This document shows positions 27,577-37,023 of a stretch of DNA of 64,000 nucleotides, piece by piece. The position numbers and the translations under genes are program-made. The stretch's first letter is position 1, and every line of letters starts with the position of its first letter. Below the pieces are notes generated by a model. That model was given only the letters and a program-made list of their open reading frames with translations, did not search any database and was not told the origin of the DNA. The DNA is taken from sequence record NC_019408.1. One strand, written 5' to 3'.

Positions 27577-28911
27577 CTAGCGAAGGACGGTGAGGGTCTC
27601 GGCCGCGCGGGTGACGGCCGTGTAGAGCCACTTGTCTTCGTCGGCGCGGAAGCAGCCGGACTCGTCGATCACGACGACGTCCTTCCACTGCGAGCCCTGC
27701 GAGGCGTGGCAGGTGATGGCGTAGGCCCAGTCGGCGACGATCGAGTTCTTCAGCGCCCGCCACGCCTTCTGCTCGGGCGCGGTGTAGCCCTTTGGCGTGC
27801 GCGAGAAGTGCTCCTCGAACATGCCCTGGAACATCATCTTGTCGTGGTGCTCGACCCCGTTCTCTTCCTGGAACGAGCCCATGAAGGTGGCGTCGCCCTT
27901 GGTGAAGCTGACGTCCTTGATCGAGGTGACCTCGGTGCCGTTGGTCAGGTCGGGATTGTCGCGGACGTTCTTGCGGATCATCAGCGGCTCGCCCTTCTGA
28001 GGGCCGACGCGCTCGCCGGGGTACTCGACGAAGCCGAACTCCGAACGCAGTTGCTGGTTGGTGTTCCAGCGCGTCTTGTTGCGGCCGACGATGAACTGCG
28101 GGCGGTCCTCGAAATCGAAGACCTCCTCGTATTCCTGGCGCCGCATGACCTTCACGCCGCTGCCGTAGTCGCGGTAGGGCAGGTCCTTACCTTCGCGCGC
28201 CAGGGTCGACAGGTGGATGATCGGGTTGTCCTTGGCCTGACGGTGGATTTCCGACAGGAAGAAGTCCGGGTCGTTCGCCAGCAGGCCGGCGGCGTCCTCG
28301 ACCGGCGGAAGCTGACCAGGATCGCCCATGGCGAAGATCGGCACGCCGAATTCCATCAGGTCGTCGGTCATGCGCCGGCCGACCATGGAGGCTTCATCGA
28401 CCACGATCAGGCTGGCCAGTTGGATGGCGCTGTCGGGGTTGAGTTGGAAGTTGATCTTGTCCTCGCGGTACGCGGCGCTGAGTTCGGCCTCCAGGCGCGT
28501 GATCAGCTTGCGTTGCGTGAAGATGTGCTGATCCTTGTCGGGATCGCCGCCGTCCATGGCGCACAGGTACATCGCCTCCGAGAGCGCTTCCCGGTGGTTT
28601 TCCAGGTCGGTTTCCAGTTGCGAGATCGGCGCCGGCTTGGCGCGATAGATCGACGAGTGGATCGTGCCGGCGTTGGTGTTGGGGTAGCCCTGGGCCTTGA
28701 GCTTGGTGCGCATGACCTTGGCGGCCTTGCCCGTCGGGGCGACGAAGGCCACCGTCTCGGGCGCGATGCCGAGGGTGTCGAGGATGAAGGGCAGGATGGT
28801 CGACTTGCCCGAGCCGGCGAAGCCGGTCATGGTCGTCAGAGGCTGGCCGTCCTTGATCTTCTCAACGACGACCTTGCGGCACTTGTCCTGTTGATCGCTG
28901 AGAGTCGTCAT
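27577..28911 (-). CDS. RecD/Dda-like SF1B helicase
   Basis: GFAGSGKST, APTGKAA, VDEASM, GDPGQLPPV, YAITCHASQGSQW and YTAVTRA. Confidence 0.9.
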   Translation of the reverse strand: MTTLSDQQDKCRKVVVEKIKDGQPLTTMTGFAGSGKSTILPFILDTLGIAPETVAFVAPTGKAAKVMRTKLKAQGYPNTNAGTIHSSIYRAKPAPISQLETDLENHREALSEAMYLCAMDGGDPDKDQHIFTQRKLITRLEAELSAAYREDKINFQLNPDSAIQLASLIVVDEASMVGRRMTDDLMEFGVPIFAMGDPGQLPPVEDAAGLLANDPDFFLSEIHRQAKDNPIIHLSTLAREGKDLPYRDYGSGVKVMRRQEYEEVFDFEDRPQFIVGRNKTRWNTNQQLRSEFGFVEYPGERVGPQKGEPLMIRKNVRDNPDLTNGTEVTSIKDVSFTKGDATFMGSFQEENGVEHHDKMMFQGMFEEHFSRTPKGYTAPEQKAWRALKNSIVADWAYAITCHASQGSQWKDVVVIDESGCFRADEDKWLYTAVTRAAETLTVLR

Positions 28912-28937
28912 CGGGGTCTTTCGGGCGCGAGCAAGGG

Positions 28938-28964
28938 AACCCGCCCGGACAAGCCGGGCGGGTT
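28938..28964. terminator. Intergenic GC-rich hairpin
   Basis: AACCCGCCCGG / CCGGGCGGGTT form an 11-bp stem. Confidence 0.5.
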
Positions 28965-28983
28965 GGTCGAAGCAGGGAGGTGC

Positions 28984-30126
28984 TTAGAAGCGACCGCGCG
29001 CGCGCGGCTTTTCCTCGTCCTTGCCCTTGTCGTCCTCGTCGTCGCGGCTCGAACGACGGCTCGAACGCTCTTCACGTTCGTCGCGGTCGTCACGATCGTC
29101 GTCGCGCGAACGGCGGGCCGGACGCTCGTCCTCGTCGTCGCGGCTCGAACGACGCGCCGGGCGCTCTTCGTCCTCGTCACGCGAGCGGCGGGCCGGGCGT
29201 TCCTCGCGGTCGTCCTTGGCCTTGTCGTCCTCGTCGTCACGGCTCGAACGACGGCTCGAACGCTCTTCGCGCTCGTCTTCCTTGTCGTCGCGGGCCGAGC
29301 GGCGGGTCGAGCGCTCTTCACGATCGTCCTCGTCGTCGCGGCTCGACCGGCGGGTCGAACGCTCTTCGCGCTCGCTGCGATCGTCACGATCGTCGTCGCG
29401 CGAACGGCGGGCCGGACGCTCGTCTTCGTCCTCGCGACCACGGCGCGAGCCGCGCTTGTCTTCGAGGGCCTTGCCCTTGCCGGCGTCGTAGTCTTCCTGC
29501 GAGCCCTCGACGAGGGAGGCGAGGTCCTTCTCCGACATCCAGTCGACGATCTTGAACTTGGGCGCGTACTTGGTGACCTTACGGCCGCCCTTGGTCTTGC
29601 CCTCGAACTCGTTGGAGTCCAGTTCGATGATCGGCAGTTCGCCGGGGTGGTTGCGGAAGCTGTTGCCGAAGTCCTTCAGGAACGCGGCCAGCGCGCGGCG
29701 CTTGGACACGTTGTTGGCCTGGAAGACCATCTCGACGTAGGGCTCGTCGATCAGACGGAAGTCGATCGTGTACTGCTCGACCGGGCCGTCTTCTTCGCCG
29801 TAGGGGCCGTGGTCGGGCAGGCTACCCTTGGTCGGCTGCGGGCCGTCCGCCAGGGCGACCATTTCTTCGTAGACGACCTTGCCGTCCACCCAGATCACCC
29901 AGCCGCGCTTGTAGGAGCGCAGGTTCGCGGCCATCCGCGTCTTGTTCTTCAGCGGCTCGTCTTCGGCGCCGTAGGAGAACGAGCCGTCGTTGCCGTCGAA
30001 CTTCATGAAGGCCTTGCCGTCGCCGCCGCCCTTGAGGTTGTTGGCCTCGGTGGCGATCATGGCGTAGAAATCGTCGTTCGACGTCAGGTAGCCGCCGTTC
30101 GAACGGGTGGTCACTTCGTTACCCAT
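28984..30126 (-). CDS. Putative ssDNA-binding/annealing protein with a long Arg/Ser/Asp/Glu repeat tail
   Basis: The globular N-terminal ~235 aa resemble phage SSB-like proteins of replication modules (inference). The C-terminal ~140 aa are RRSSRDDED repeats. Confidence 0.55.
   Translation of the reverse strand: MGNEVTTRSNGGYLTSNDDFYAMIATEANNLKGGGDGKAFMKFDGNDGSFSYGAEDEPLKNKTRMAANLRSYKRGWVIWVDGKVVYEEMVALADGPQPTKGSLPDHGPYGEEDGPVEQYTIDFRLIDEPYVEMVFQANNVSKRRALAAFLKDFGNSFRNHPGELPIIELDSNEFEGKTKGGRKVTKYAPKFKIVDWMSEKDLASLVEGSQEDYDAGKGKALEDKRGSRRGREDEDERPARRSRDDDRDDRSEREERSTRRSSRDDEDDREERSTRRSARDDKEDEREERSSRRSSRDDEDDKAKDDREERPARRSRDEDEERPARRSSRDDEDERPARRSRDDDRDDRDEREERSSRRSSRDDEDDKGKDEEKPRARGRF
28990..29460 (-). 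repeat. Imperfect tandem coding repeats (ERSSRRSSRDDEDD / ERPARRSRDD)
   Basis: Repeated blocks such as TCGTCGTCGCGGCTCGAACGACGGCTCGAACGCTCTTC. Confidence 0.85.
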
Positions 30127-30237
30127 AGTGCTGATGCCTATTTTCTGGGAGTTCCCCGGAAGCGAGATTGCCTCCGGGGCTGTTTCTAGGACTAGACTGA
30201 GACTAGCTAGGACTGAGAGAAGACAACCGAAGTAGAG

Positions 30238-31374
30238 CTATTCCTCGTCCGCCTTCTGAGCACCCTTTTCAGAGATGTTCAGGCGGCCGTGGCCTTCGCC
30301 TTCCTTCATGTAGTCTTCGATATTGAGACCATGTTCAGCCAGCGCTTCGCGAACCGCGCCGGTGTCGAGGGTCTTGCGACCCTTGATCCAGGAGATGGAG
30401 CCCTTGATCTTGCCGTCCGCAGACTTCGCGACCCGGACCCCAGTATTCGTGAACCACTGCTTCAGAGCCTCCGAAGCAGCTTTGTGGCCCACTTCGGCCG
30501 CCTTTTTCGCAGCCGAGGCGCACCGCTCCTCGACCACAAGGCGTTCGAACTCAGCCAGGATGGGCAGCGGCGTCTCCTTGGAGTTCGCTTCGCCCTTCGT
30601 GGGGGTTGACTTTTTGATGGTCTGCGCGCAGGCGACCTTGTAGGGGCAGTACGTGCAGGAACTGTCGATCTTGCCCTCGGCCATGATCACCGAGGGGTCT
30701 TCGATCTCGAAGACGTCGCGCGCGCGCTGCATGGCGACGTCGAACGCCTTCTGGTCGTAAGGCACGACGAAGATTTCGATGTCGTCGAAGAAGCTGGCGT
30801 CGACGTAGATGATCACCGCGTAGTTCGGCCGCCACGACGAAAGCTGCCGCGTAAGGCCCATCTGGACGATCGTCTGGCCACGGTGAATCGCCTTCTCCTC
30901 CTTGAGGTTCACGCGCGGGTCGACCGACTTGATCTCCAGGTTGAAGCAGTTGGAGGGATGCTCGACGTCCTTGCGCGAGCCGCCCAGCGAGGCGATCCCG
31001 TACTGGGCCAGGGCGTCGTCATCGGCGTAGATCACCAGACCGTCGGGCGTGGCCGACAGCGGAGCCTCGGGCGAGATGAGGGTCTTCTGGTTGGCGCCGC
31101 CCCAGATCAGTTGGGCGTCACGCGTCAGGTTCTCCATGATCCACTTGACGCCGGGCTCGACGAAGTGGTTTTCCATCATGTCGCCGCGCTGGAGCGCGCC
31201 CCACGATTGCTCGTAGTCGGGGTCCTTGTCGGCGCCATGCTTGGCATACCAGACCTTGCGCAGGCACCCGAAGGCCTCGGACGCGCCCACGGACTTGGTC
31301 CGGTCGTGCTTCCAGACCTTCTGGCGGGAGTTCACCCACTTGTCGAAGCCGTCTTTGAAATCGATCGCAGCCAT
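30238..31374 (-). CDS. PD-(D/E)XK (Cas4/RecB-like) exonuclease
   Basis: GASEAFGCLRKVWY, SATPDG, LEIKS, Q..VQM and C.YCPY..AC iron-sulfur-type cysteines. Confidence 0.8.
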   Translation of the reverse strand: MAAIDFKDGFDKWVNSRQKVWKHDRTKSVGASEAFGCLRKVWYAKHGADKDPDYEQSWGALQRGDMMENHFVEPGVKWIMENLTRDAQLIWGGANQKTLISPEAPLSATPDGLVIYADDDALAQYGIASLGGSRKDVEHPSNCFNLEIKSVDPRVNLKEEKAIHRGQTIVQMGLTRQLSSWRPNYAVIIYVDASFFDDIEIFVVPYDQKAFDVAMQRARDVFEIEDPSVIMAEGKIDSSCTYCPYKVACAQTIKKSTPTKGEANSKETPLPILAEFERLVVEERCASAAKKAAEVGHKAASEALKQWFTNTGVRVAKSADGKIKGSISWIKGRKTLDTGAVREALAEHGLNIEDYMKEGEGHGRLNISEKGAQKADEE

Positions 31375-31449
31375 CTAGCGCACCGCCGTCATAAATTCCT
31401 GGTTTCGTGACTAGGGTTCATCCAGGGTCACGGGCCTGGGACGCGGGAA

Positions 31450-31533
31450 CTAGGTCCGGTCGAGCCGGTTGCGCAGCCAGATCAGGCCGCAGATCGCGGC
31501 GGCGACCAGGAGGGTCAGGATGAAGTCGTTCAC
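31450..31533 (-). CDS. 27-aa single-pass membrane peptide, absent from the ORF track
   Basis: MNDFILTLLVAAAICGLIWLRNRLDRT. GTG start overlaps the upstream TGA and follows AGGAG. Confidence 0.55.
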   Translation of the reverse strand: MNDFILTLLVAAAICGLIWLRNRLDRT

Positions 31534-32159
31534 GCCGCCTTCTCCTGGCGCTTGGCCTCCACCATGTCCTGCATGGCGTAGTAGCAGCGGCGCGTGGCCT
31601 CGACGTCGGCGATCGCGGTGTGGGCGTCCTCGAAGCCTTCGCCGGTCAGGTGCTTGTGCAGGTCGATCAGCTTGGGCTTGCGATAGCCGCCCTGACGCGA
31701 GGGCAGCTTCATCAGCGGCGTGCCCGCCACGATGGTGTCGAACATCGACTTGCCTTCGAACGGATCGGCGTCAGGCCGGCCCAGGACGCGGCGCACCACG
31801 TTGGTCACGATCTTGTTGTCGAAGGAGATGTGGTTGTGCCCGACGATCACGTCGGCGACGGCGACCATGTCCATGAAGGCTTCGATCGCGATCGCCTCGG
31901 TCATGCCGATCTTCTCGGAGATGTCGGGCGAGACGCCGTGGATGGCGGCGGCGCCGCCCTTGCCGTCGCGGCCGATCGTCCAATCGCTCAGGACGCTGGA
32001 CGGGACCGTGCCCAGGCTCAGGATCGTGTCGAGGCGGGCGGCCTCGCGCCGGTCCGGATAAGCCAGGATCGCACCCAGTTGGACGATGCGGGGCTGCTCA
32101 TCCAAGGGCTTCTTGCTGTCCGGAAAACCGGTGGTCTCGGTGTCGTAAAAAAGGATCAT
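31530..32159 (-). CDS. DEDDh 3'-5' exonuclease (DnaQ/epsilon-like)
   Basis: FYDTETTG, GHNHISFD and AHTAIADV. Confidence 0.88.
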   Translation of the reverse strand: MILFYDTETTGFPDSKKPLDEQPRIVQLGAILAYPDRREAARLDTILSLGTVPSSVLSDWTIGRDGKGGAAAIHGVSPDISEKIGMTEAIAIEAFMDMVAVADVIVGHNHISFDNKIVTNVVRRVLGRPDADPFEGKSMFDTIVAGTPLMKLPSRQGGYRKPKLIDLHKHLTGEGFEDAHTAIADVEATRRCYYAMQDMVEAKRQEKAA

Positions 32160-32184
32160 CGGGGCGATCTCGTTCGGGAGTGTC

Positions 32185-32224
32185 TTGTTAACCAAGTTCC
32201 GGATGGGTGTCAAGATTCACGACA
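32185..32224 (-). promoter_or_regulatory. 17-bp motif plus promoter
   Basis: TGTCGTGAATCTTGACA 32224-32208, 17-nt spacer, TAACAA. Confidence 0.7.
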
Positions 32225-32231
32225 TCGAAAG

Positions 32232-32894
32232 TCACGAAGGATGACGCACGGCCTTGATGATCTCGTAGATGCGCTGCACCGACAGGCCCAGGTCCGCCGC
32301 GATCGACGACACAGGCTCGCCGTCGGCGTAGCGCTTCGCGGTCCAGGCGTAGTGCGCCTTCTTGGTCTCCTCGCGCTTGGCCTTGGCCTCAGGCGCGTGG
32401 CGGTCGATGAAGCGGTAGATCGCGATCCGCGAGACACCGTACTGCTGGGCGATGAACGGCACGGGGGCGAAGCTGGTGAATTGCAGGACGATGTCGTCGG
32501 CGTGGTCGGCGAGGGCCATGTGGTGCTCCAGGGTGTCGAGGGCGCGGTCGATCACCACCGCCGCGCGCTTGGAAGGCTGTTTGGTCAGGAAGCCGCAGAG
32601 GCGGCCGGCGGCGTAGGGCGGCTCGCACCCTTCGATGAGGTATTGCTCGGCGGTCGGGTCCAGCCGCTCGCCGGCCTTGTTCGCCAGCCACCAGTGGGTG
32701 CCGCCGTCAGGGTCAGGCGCGACCATGGGCCGCCAGGGGCCGTCGAGACCGCCGGACAGATGCCAGAGCGCCTCGGAGGCGACATAGCAGTGCCCGGCGG
32801 TCGGGTTCGAAGCCGTGTACGCGGAACGATAAGGCTCGCGCAGAAGCTCGGGTGTGAGGGCGCCCTGCACCGCTCTGAGGGTCTCGATGTCCAT
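32232..32894 (-). CDS. Hypothetical protein with C-terminal HTH motif(s)
   Basis: ATG overlaps the polymerase stop. IAQQYGVSRIAIYR and IAADLGLSVQRIYEII are HTH-like. Confidence 0.65.
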   Translation of the reverse strand: MDIETLRAVQGALTPELLREPYRSAYTASNPTAGHCYVASEALWHLSGGLDGPWRPMVAPDPDGGTHWWLANKAGERLDPTAEQYLIEGCEPPYAAGRLCGFLTKQPSKRAAVVIDRALDTLEHHMALADHADDIVLQFTSFAPVPFIAQQYGVSRIAIYRFIDRHAPEAKAKREETKKAHYAWTAKRYADGEPVSSIAADLGLSVQRIYEIIKAVRHPS

Positions 32895-35140
32895 CAGTGC
32901 GTCTCGGCCCAGGTGCGGCCCCACTTGACGTCCACGTCGACCGGCAGGCGGAAGTCGAACCGGTGTCCGGCTTCCTTCGCCGCGTCGACGATGTTGCGGC
33001 GGCAGATTTCCTTGATCGCCGGGTCGTCGCGCACGGCGACCTGCATTTCGTCGTGGACCCAGGCCAGCACCGCGTAGTCGCCGTCCCAGCCGTGGACGAG
33101 GCCGTCGTCTTCGTTGAAGGTCTCGAAGTTGACGCACCAGCCCTTGGCGATGGTCGCGCCGGCGCCCTGGAGCTTGGTGTTGAGCGCCGAGTGCTTGGCC
33201 CGCACGTAGAGCAGGCGCCCGTCGAGCGCATCGACATAGCCGCGCTTGGCCTCCCGCTGCACGGCCTTGACGACCTGTTGCAGCGCCGGGATGCGCGTCA
33301 TAATGCGGCGGCGCATTTCCGAGCCCAGGGCCTTGGCCTTGGCGACGTTCATCGTCAGGGTCGGATCGACGGTGCAGCCCAGCTTGTAGTCCTGGGCGCC
33401 GTAGATCATGGCGTAGATGAAGGTCTTGGCGGTGTCGCGAGACTCCATTTCCATGGCGGCTTGGTGGACGCCGTGGACGTCGCCATCCAGAACGATCTTG
33501 CCGTACTGCCCGTTGTCGAACTCCGCCATGAAGTGCGCCAGACAGCGCAGTTCGATACCCGCTTGGTCGGCGCCCATGAGGACCCAGCCCTCGGGCACGT
33601 AGAAGAGGTCGCGGCTATCCCAGCCGTGGTCGCCCTCGCGGCCCTTCATCAGGACCTTCTTGGTGACCACCTCGCCCTTCTCGTTGAGCGTGAACTCGCC
33701 CTCGGGCGTCAGCACCGGCCGGCCACGGATTTGCTTGCCGTCCGGGCCGAGCAGCGGGACCTTCTTGGCCTCGTCCTTCCACTGCGGCGGCGACTTGAAG
33801 ACGACGCGCGGGACCTGGGCGATGTTGGGGTTGGAGTGCGAGGCGCGGTTGGTCACCGTGCCGCCCACGTTGACGCGGCCGTGAATCTTGCCGTCGCCGT
33901 TCCATTCCTCGCACTTCGCCAGCCAGCCGTTCTTGCCGTCGACCAGTTGCCCCAGGCGCTTCTTGTAGTAGAAGATTTCCGCCAGGGTCTCGCAGATCGG
34001 GATGACCAGCTTCTTGGTGTTCTCGTCCTCGGCCTTGGCCAGATCGCGCAGCACCTCGTCGTCGACGACGGGGGCGTTGTTCTCGGTGAACTCCTGCGGC
34101 TCCCAGCCGTAGACCTTGGTCAGGCGGTCAACGATCTGCTGGCGCGAGTTGGGGTTGAACTCGGTGATCTTGACCGGGCAGAACGGGGCGCCGGCCGTGC
34201 GGTCGCCCTTCATCGGGTCCTTGTACTTGACGTCGCGCGAGGGCACCGTCACCTCGGCCCAGTGCTCGCGCGTATCGTCCTCGCCAAACTCCGGGCGCGG
34301 GCGATAGGAGACCTGATCCTTCTCGGGCTTGCCGGTCTCGGGCGAGCAGTAGGTGGTCGACTTGTTCTTTCGCAGCCACTTGCCCGGCACCCACCAGGAG
34401 CCGAAGTGCTTGATCGCCTCGTCCGACATCTTGGTGTGGGCCGTGCGCAGTTCGTCTTCGAGACGGCGCGCGCGCTCGCGGTGGAACGGGAAGCCGTTGC
34501 GCTGCACCCGCTCCATCATGTCGTGGACCATGTGTTCGAGCGTGGTCGCGGTCTTGGACCACGGCCGGCTCTCGATCTTGCGCCACAGGGCCTCGGTGAC
34601 CTCGACGTCCTGGATGGCGTAGTCTTCCATGTCCTGGTTCCAGGTGCCCCAGACGTAGCGGCTGATCTCCGCCTTGTCCGTGATGCCCTTGGCCTTGGCC
34701 TCTTCCTCGGCGACGTCGGCATAGTCGCCCTTCGGGAAGCCCAGGCGCTGGCCCCAGGCCCCCAGTTCGTGCGAGCCGATGTAGCCGCCGTAGAGGTCGC
34801 CGCGCTTCCACATGCGGAAGTCGTCGTCCTTGAGGTCGGCGAACAGCATCCGCGTCATCACCAGGGTGTCGCGCAGGATGCCTTGCGGGTTGAACTTGTT
34901 GCCGTAGACCTTCTTCAGGGCCTCGCAGTCGAAGCCCACGATGTTGTGGCCGATCAACATCTCGGCCTCGTTCAGCATCTTGATGCCTTCGAGGATGTTG
35001 TCCTCGCGCTTGTTGCGGTGGAAGACCCACCGCTGGCGCGTGTCAGCGTCCTTGATCACCAGGATGTGGATGCGCGTGAGTTGCAGCAGCAGCCCATCGG
35101 TTTCCAAGTCGAAGAGGAGGCGGCGCTTACGCAGCTTCAT
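32894..35140 (-). CDS. T7-like family A DNA polymerase with 3'-5' exonuclease domain
   Basis: FDLETDG, GHNI..FD, DQAGIELR (motif A), KTFIYAMIYG (motif B, Tyr as in T7), VHDE (motif C). Confidence 0.95.
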   Translation of the reverse strand: MKLRKRRLLFDLETDGLLLQLTRIHILVIKDADTRQRWVFHRNKREDNILEGIKMLNEAEMLIGHNIVGFDCEALKKVYGNKFNPQGILRDTLVMTRMLFADLKDDDFRMWKRGDLYGGYIGSHELGAWGQRLGFPKGDYADVAEEEAKAKGITDKAEISRYVWGTWNQDMEDYAIQDVEVTEALWRKIESRPWSKTATTLEHMVHDMMERVQRNGFPFHRERARRLEDELRTAHTKMSDEAIKHFGSWWVPGKWLRKNKSTTYCSPETGKPEKDQVSYRPRPEFGEDDTREHWAEVTVPSRDVKYKDPMKGDRTAGAPFCPVKITEFNPNSRQQIVDRLTKVYGWEPQEFTENNAPVVDDEVLRDLAKAEDENTKKLVIPICETLAEIFYYKKRLGQLVDGKNGWLAKCEEWNGDGKIHGRVNVGGTVTNRASHSNPNIAQVPRVVFKSPPQWKDEAKKVPLLGPDGKQIRGRPVLTPEGEFTLNEKGEVVTKKVLMKGREGDHGWDSRDLFYVPEGWVLMGADQAGIELRCLAHFMAEFDNGQYGKIVLDGDVHGVHQAAMEMESRDTAKTFIYAMIYGAQDYKLGCTVDPTLTMNVAKAKALGSEMRRRIMTRIPALQQVVKAVQREAKRGYVDALDGRLLYVRAKHSALNTKLQGAGATIAKGWCVNFETFNEDDGLVHGWDGDYAVLAWVHDEMQVAVRDDPAIKEICRRNIVDAAKEAGHRFDFRLPVDVDVKWGRTWAETH

Positions 35141-36200
35141 GGAGCACCTTGAGAATCTGGTCGCCGATCCAGTCCACCATCGGGACGATCAGGCTGTTGC
35201 CGATGATGGTGCGGCGCTCGGTGTCGGAGAGGCCCGGCACGTCGGTGTGGGTTCCCGACATCCCCATCAGGCGCTCGCACTCGGCCACGGTGTGGTTGCG
35301 GATGCGCCAGTCGCCGCGCTCGTGGACCAGGAGCATGCCGATGCTGGAGCCGCCCGAGGCGGTGCGCAGGCAGTTGGCGATCTGGCCGCCTTCTTCGATC
35401 TGCTGGCCGTCGAAGCCGTTGATCACCCGGCCCCGGACGGCGACGGTGCGAGCCCGAAAGACAGGGCGGCCGTCAATTCCGGGGACAACGTCCGCCCCGC
35501 TTTCGTAGCGTTGTCCAAGAGCGTCGCACGGCGGGACGGGCTCATGTACAATGCGGCGGGGATCGATTCCGGAGCGTCGAGTACACGCGATAAGGACAAG
35601 CCGCCGGCGGGACTGGGGGACGCCGAACTCGGGGCCGTCGAAGACCCGCCACGCGATGGCGCGACGGGGTCCCAGCACATAACCACAGTCCGGCCACCGA
35701 CGCCCTGCCTGGATGTCGACACCGTCGGGCTTTCCGTAGGGGTGGAGGGCGTCGCGCTCGCCGGCGAGGCGGCCGAGGAACTTTCCAAAGGCGTTTTCCT
35801 TGTTGTTGAGGAGCTTGACGACGTTCTCGAAGCAAAAGATCGGCGGGTCGATCTCGTCGATCACCCGCACGCCCGAGAGCGTCAGCCGGCCGCGAGGATC
35901 GCTCAGACCCAGGCCCAGGCCCGCGTCGCTCCACGGCTGGCAGGGGAACGAGGCCCACAGGACGTCGACCTTGCCCTCGTGGGCCGTGCCGTCGATCTGC
36001 TCCAGGTCGCCCAGGTTGGGGACCTCGCCCCAGTGGTGGGCCAGGAGCTTGATCGGCGCCGAGGCGATTTCGCTGAAGAAGCGGGCCTTGCCGCCCTTCG
36101 GCTCCCAGGCGTAGGACGGAATGTCCGCGCCGGAGCAAAGGGTCGCAAAGGTCCACGGCTGGACGTCGGAGGCGTCCGCCTGGGGAAGGATCGGGGGCAT
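35127..36200 (-). CDS. C5-cytosine DNA methyltransferase
   Basis: LCSGAD (motif I), SFPCQPWS (IV), FENV (VI), QSRRRL (VIII), ECERLMG...IGNS (IX/X). Confidence 0.85.
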   Translation of the reverse strand: MPPILPQADASDVQPWTFATLCSGADIPSYAWEPKGGKARFFSEIASAPIKLLAHHWGEVPNLGDLEQIDGTAHEGKVDVLWASFPCQPWSDAGLGLGLSDPRGRLTLSGVRVIDEIDPPIFCFENVVKLLNNKENAFGKFLGRLAGERDALHPYGKPDGVDIQAGRRWPDCGYVLGPRRAIAWRVFDGPEFGVPQSRRRLVLIACTRRSGIDPRRIVHEPVPPCDALGQRYESGADVVPGIDGRPVFRARTVAVRGRVINGFDGQQIEEGGQIANCLRTASGGSSIGMLLVHERGDWRIRNHTVAECERLMGMSGTHTDVPGLSDTERRTIIGNSLIVPMVDWIGDQILKVLHEAA

Positions 36201-36206
36201 GAGGTA

Positions 36207-36235
36207 TGGTTAACCGATGTCGTGAATCACGTCAA
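36207..36235 (-). promoter_or_regulatory. Promoter with a nearly symmetric 17-bp motif in the spacer; leaderless start for the C5 methyltransferase
   Basis: TTGACG, 17-nt spacer, TAACCA. Motif TGTCGTGAATCACGTCA at 36218-36234. ATG lies 6 nt after the -10 box. Confidence 0.65.
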
Positions 36236-36254
36236 GAAATGTCGTCAGGGACGA

Positions 36255-37013
36255 CTACTTCTGACCGTTGGCGGCGGCGATCTCGGCGTCCGTGAGGAGC
36301 CGGCGACCGGTGGTCTTGACCTCGCCGCGCCAGACGCGGTCGGCCATCTTCAGGAAGGCCTTGGCGACCTTCTGCTTGTTCTCGTGGCCGATGTGGCGCG
36401 CCATCGACAGCGGCCAGCGCGGGGGCAGGGCGTAGAAGAACATCACCCCCGGCTTGGTGTAGGCGTCGACGACGAAGTCGCCGGCCATCCGCTGGTTGAC
36501 CGAGAACGACTGGTCACCCAGGATCGCGGTGTTGGTGTCGTCATAGTAGCCGATGCCGAGCCTGATCTTGTCGATCGCGCTGTCGTAGGCCAGCCAGATG
36601 AGGCGCCCGTCACCCAGGCTGACCTCGTCGACCTTCCAGTCCTCGGGGTGGCCCCAGACGGCGTCGTGCGCCATCCGGATGGCCTCGGCCAGCAGCGAGG
36701 TGACCGACTTCATCTCGCCGCCGGCCACGAACATGTCGTCGGTCGTGAGGTCGAGGGTCTTGTCGACGCCAAACAGCGGGGCCAGCTTGCCGGCCTTGAA
36801 CGAGAAGCCCTCGCGCTCGATCTTGTCGGCGACCTCGTAGGCAAAGCCCGGCTTGAGGTTGAACGTCATCACGTGGGTGACGTTCAGCCCCGAGGCGGAC
36901 TCGTGCCCGAGCCCAATCTGGATCGACTGGGTCTCATCGGTGACCAGGGCGTAGAGGAAGCCGCCTTTCGGGCGCGTCGGGAACGGCACGCGGCGGGAGA
37001 CGAGAAGGGTCAT
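36255..37013 (-). CDS. Hypothetical protein
   Basis: 252-aa ORF with strong codon bias. Confidence 0.75.
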   Translation of the reverse strand: MTLLVSRRVPFPTRPKGGFLYALVTDETQSIQIGLGHESASGLNVTHVMTFNLKPGFAYEVADKIEREGFSFKAGKLAPLFGVDKTLDLTTDDMFVAGGEMKSVTSLLAEAIRMAHDAVWGHPEDWKVDEVSLGDGRLIWLAYDSAIDKIRLGIGYYDDTNTAILGDQSFSVNQRMAGDFVVDAYTKPGVMFFYALPPRWPLSMARHIGHENKQKVAKAFLKMADRVWRGEVKTTGRRLLTDAEIAAANGQK

Positions 37014-37023
37014 CGGGGCCTCG

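Noticed and set aside
28990-29460. Repeats that could be read as a CRISPR array
   Set aside because: They are in-frame, imperfect coding repeats with no unique spacers and no cas operon. The Cas4-like nuclease nearby is a common phage exonuclease.
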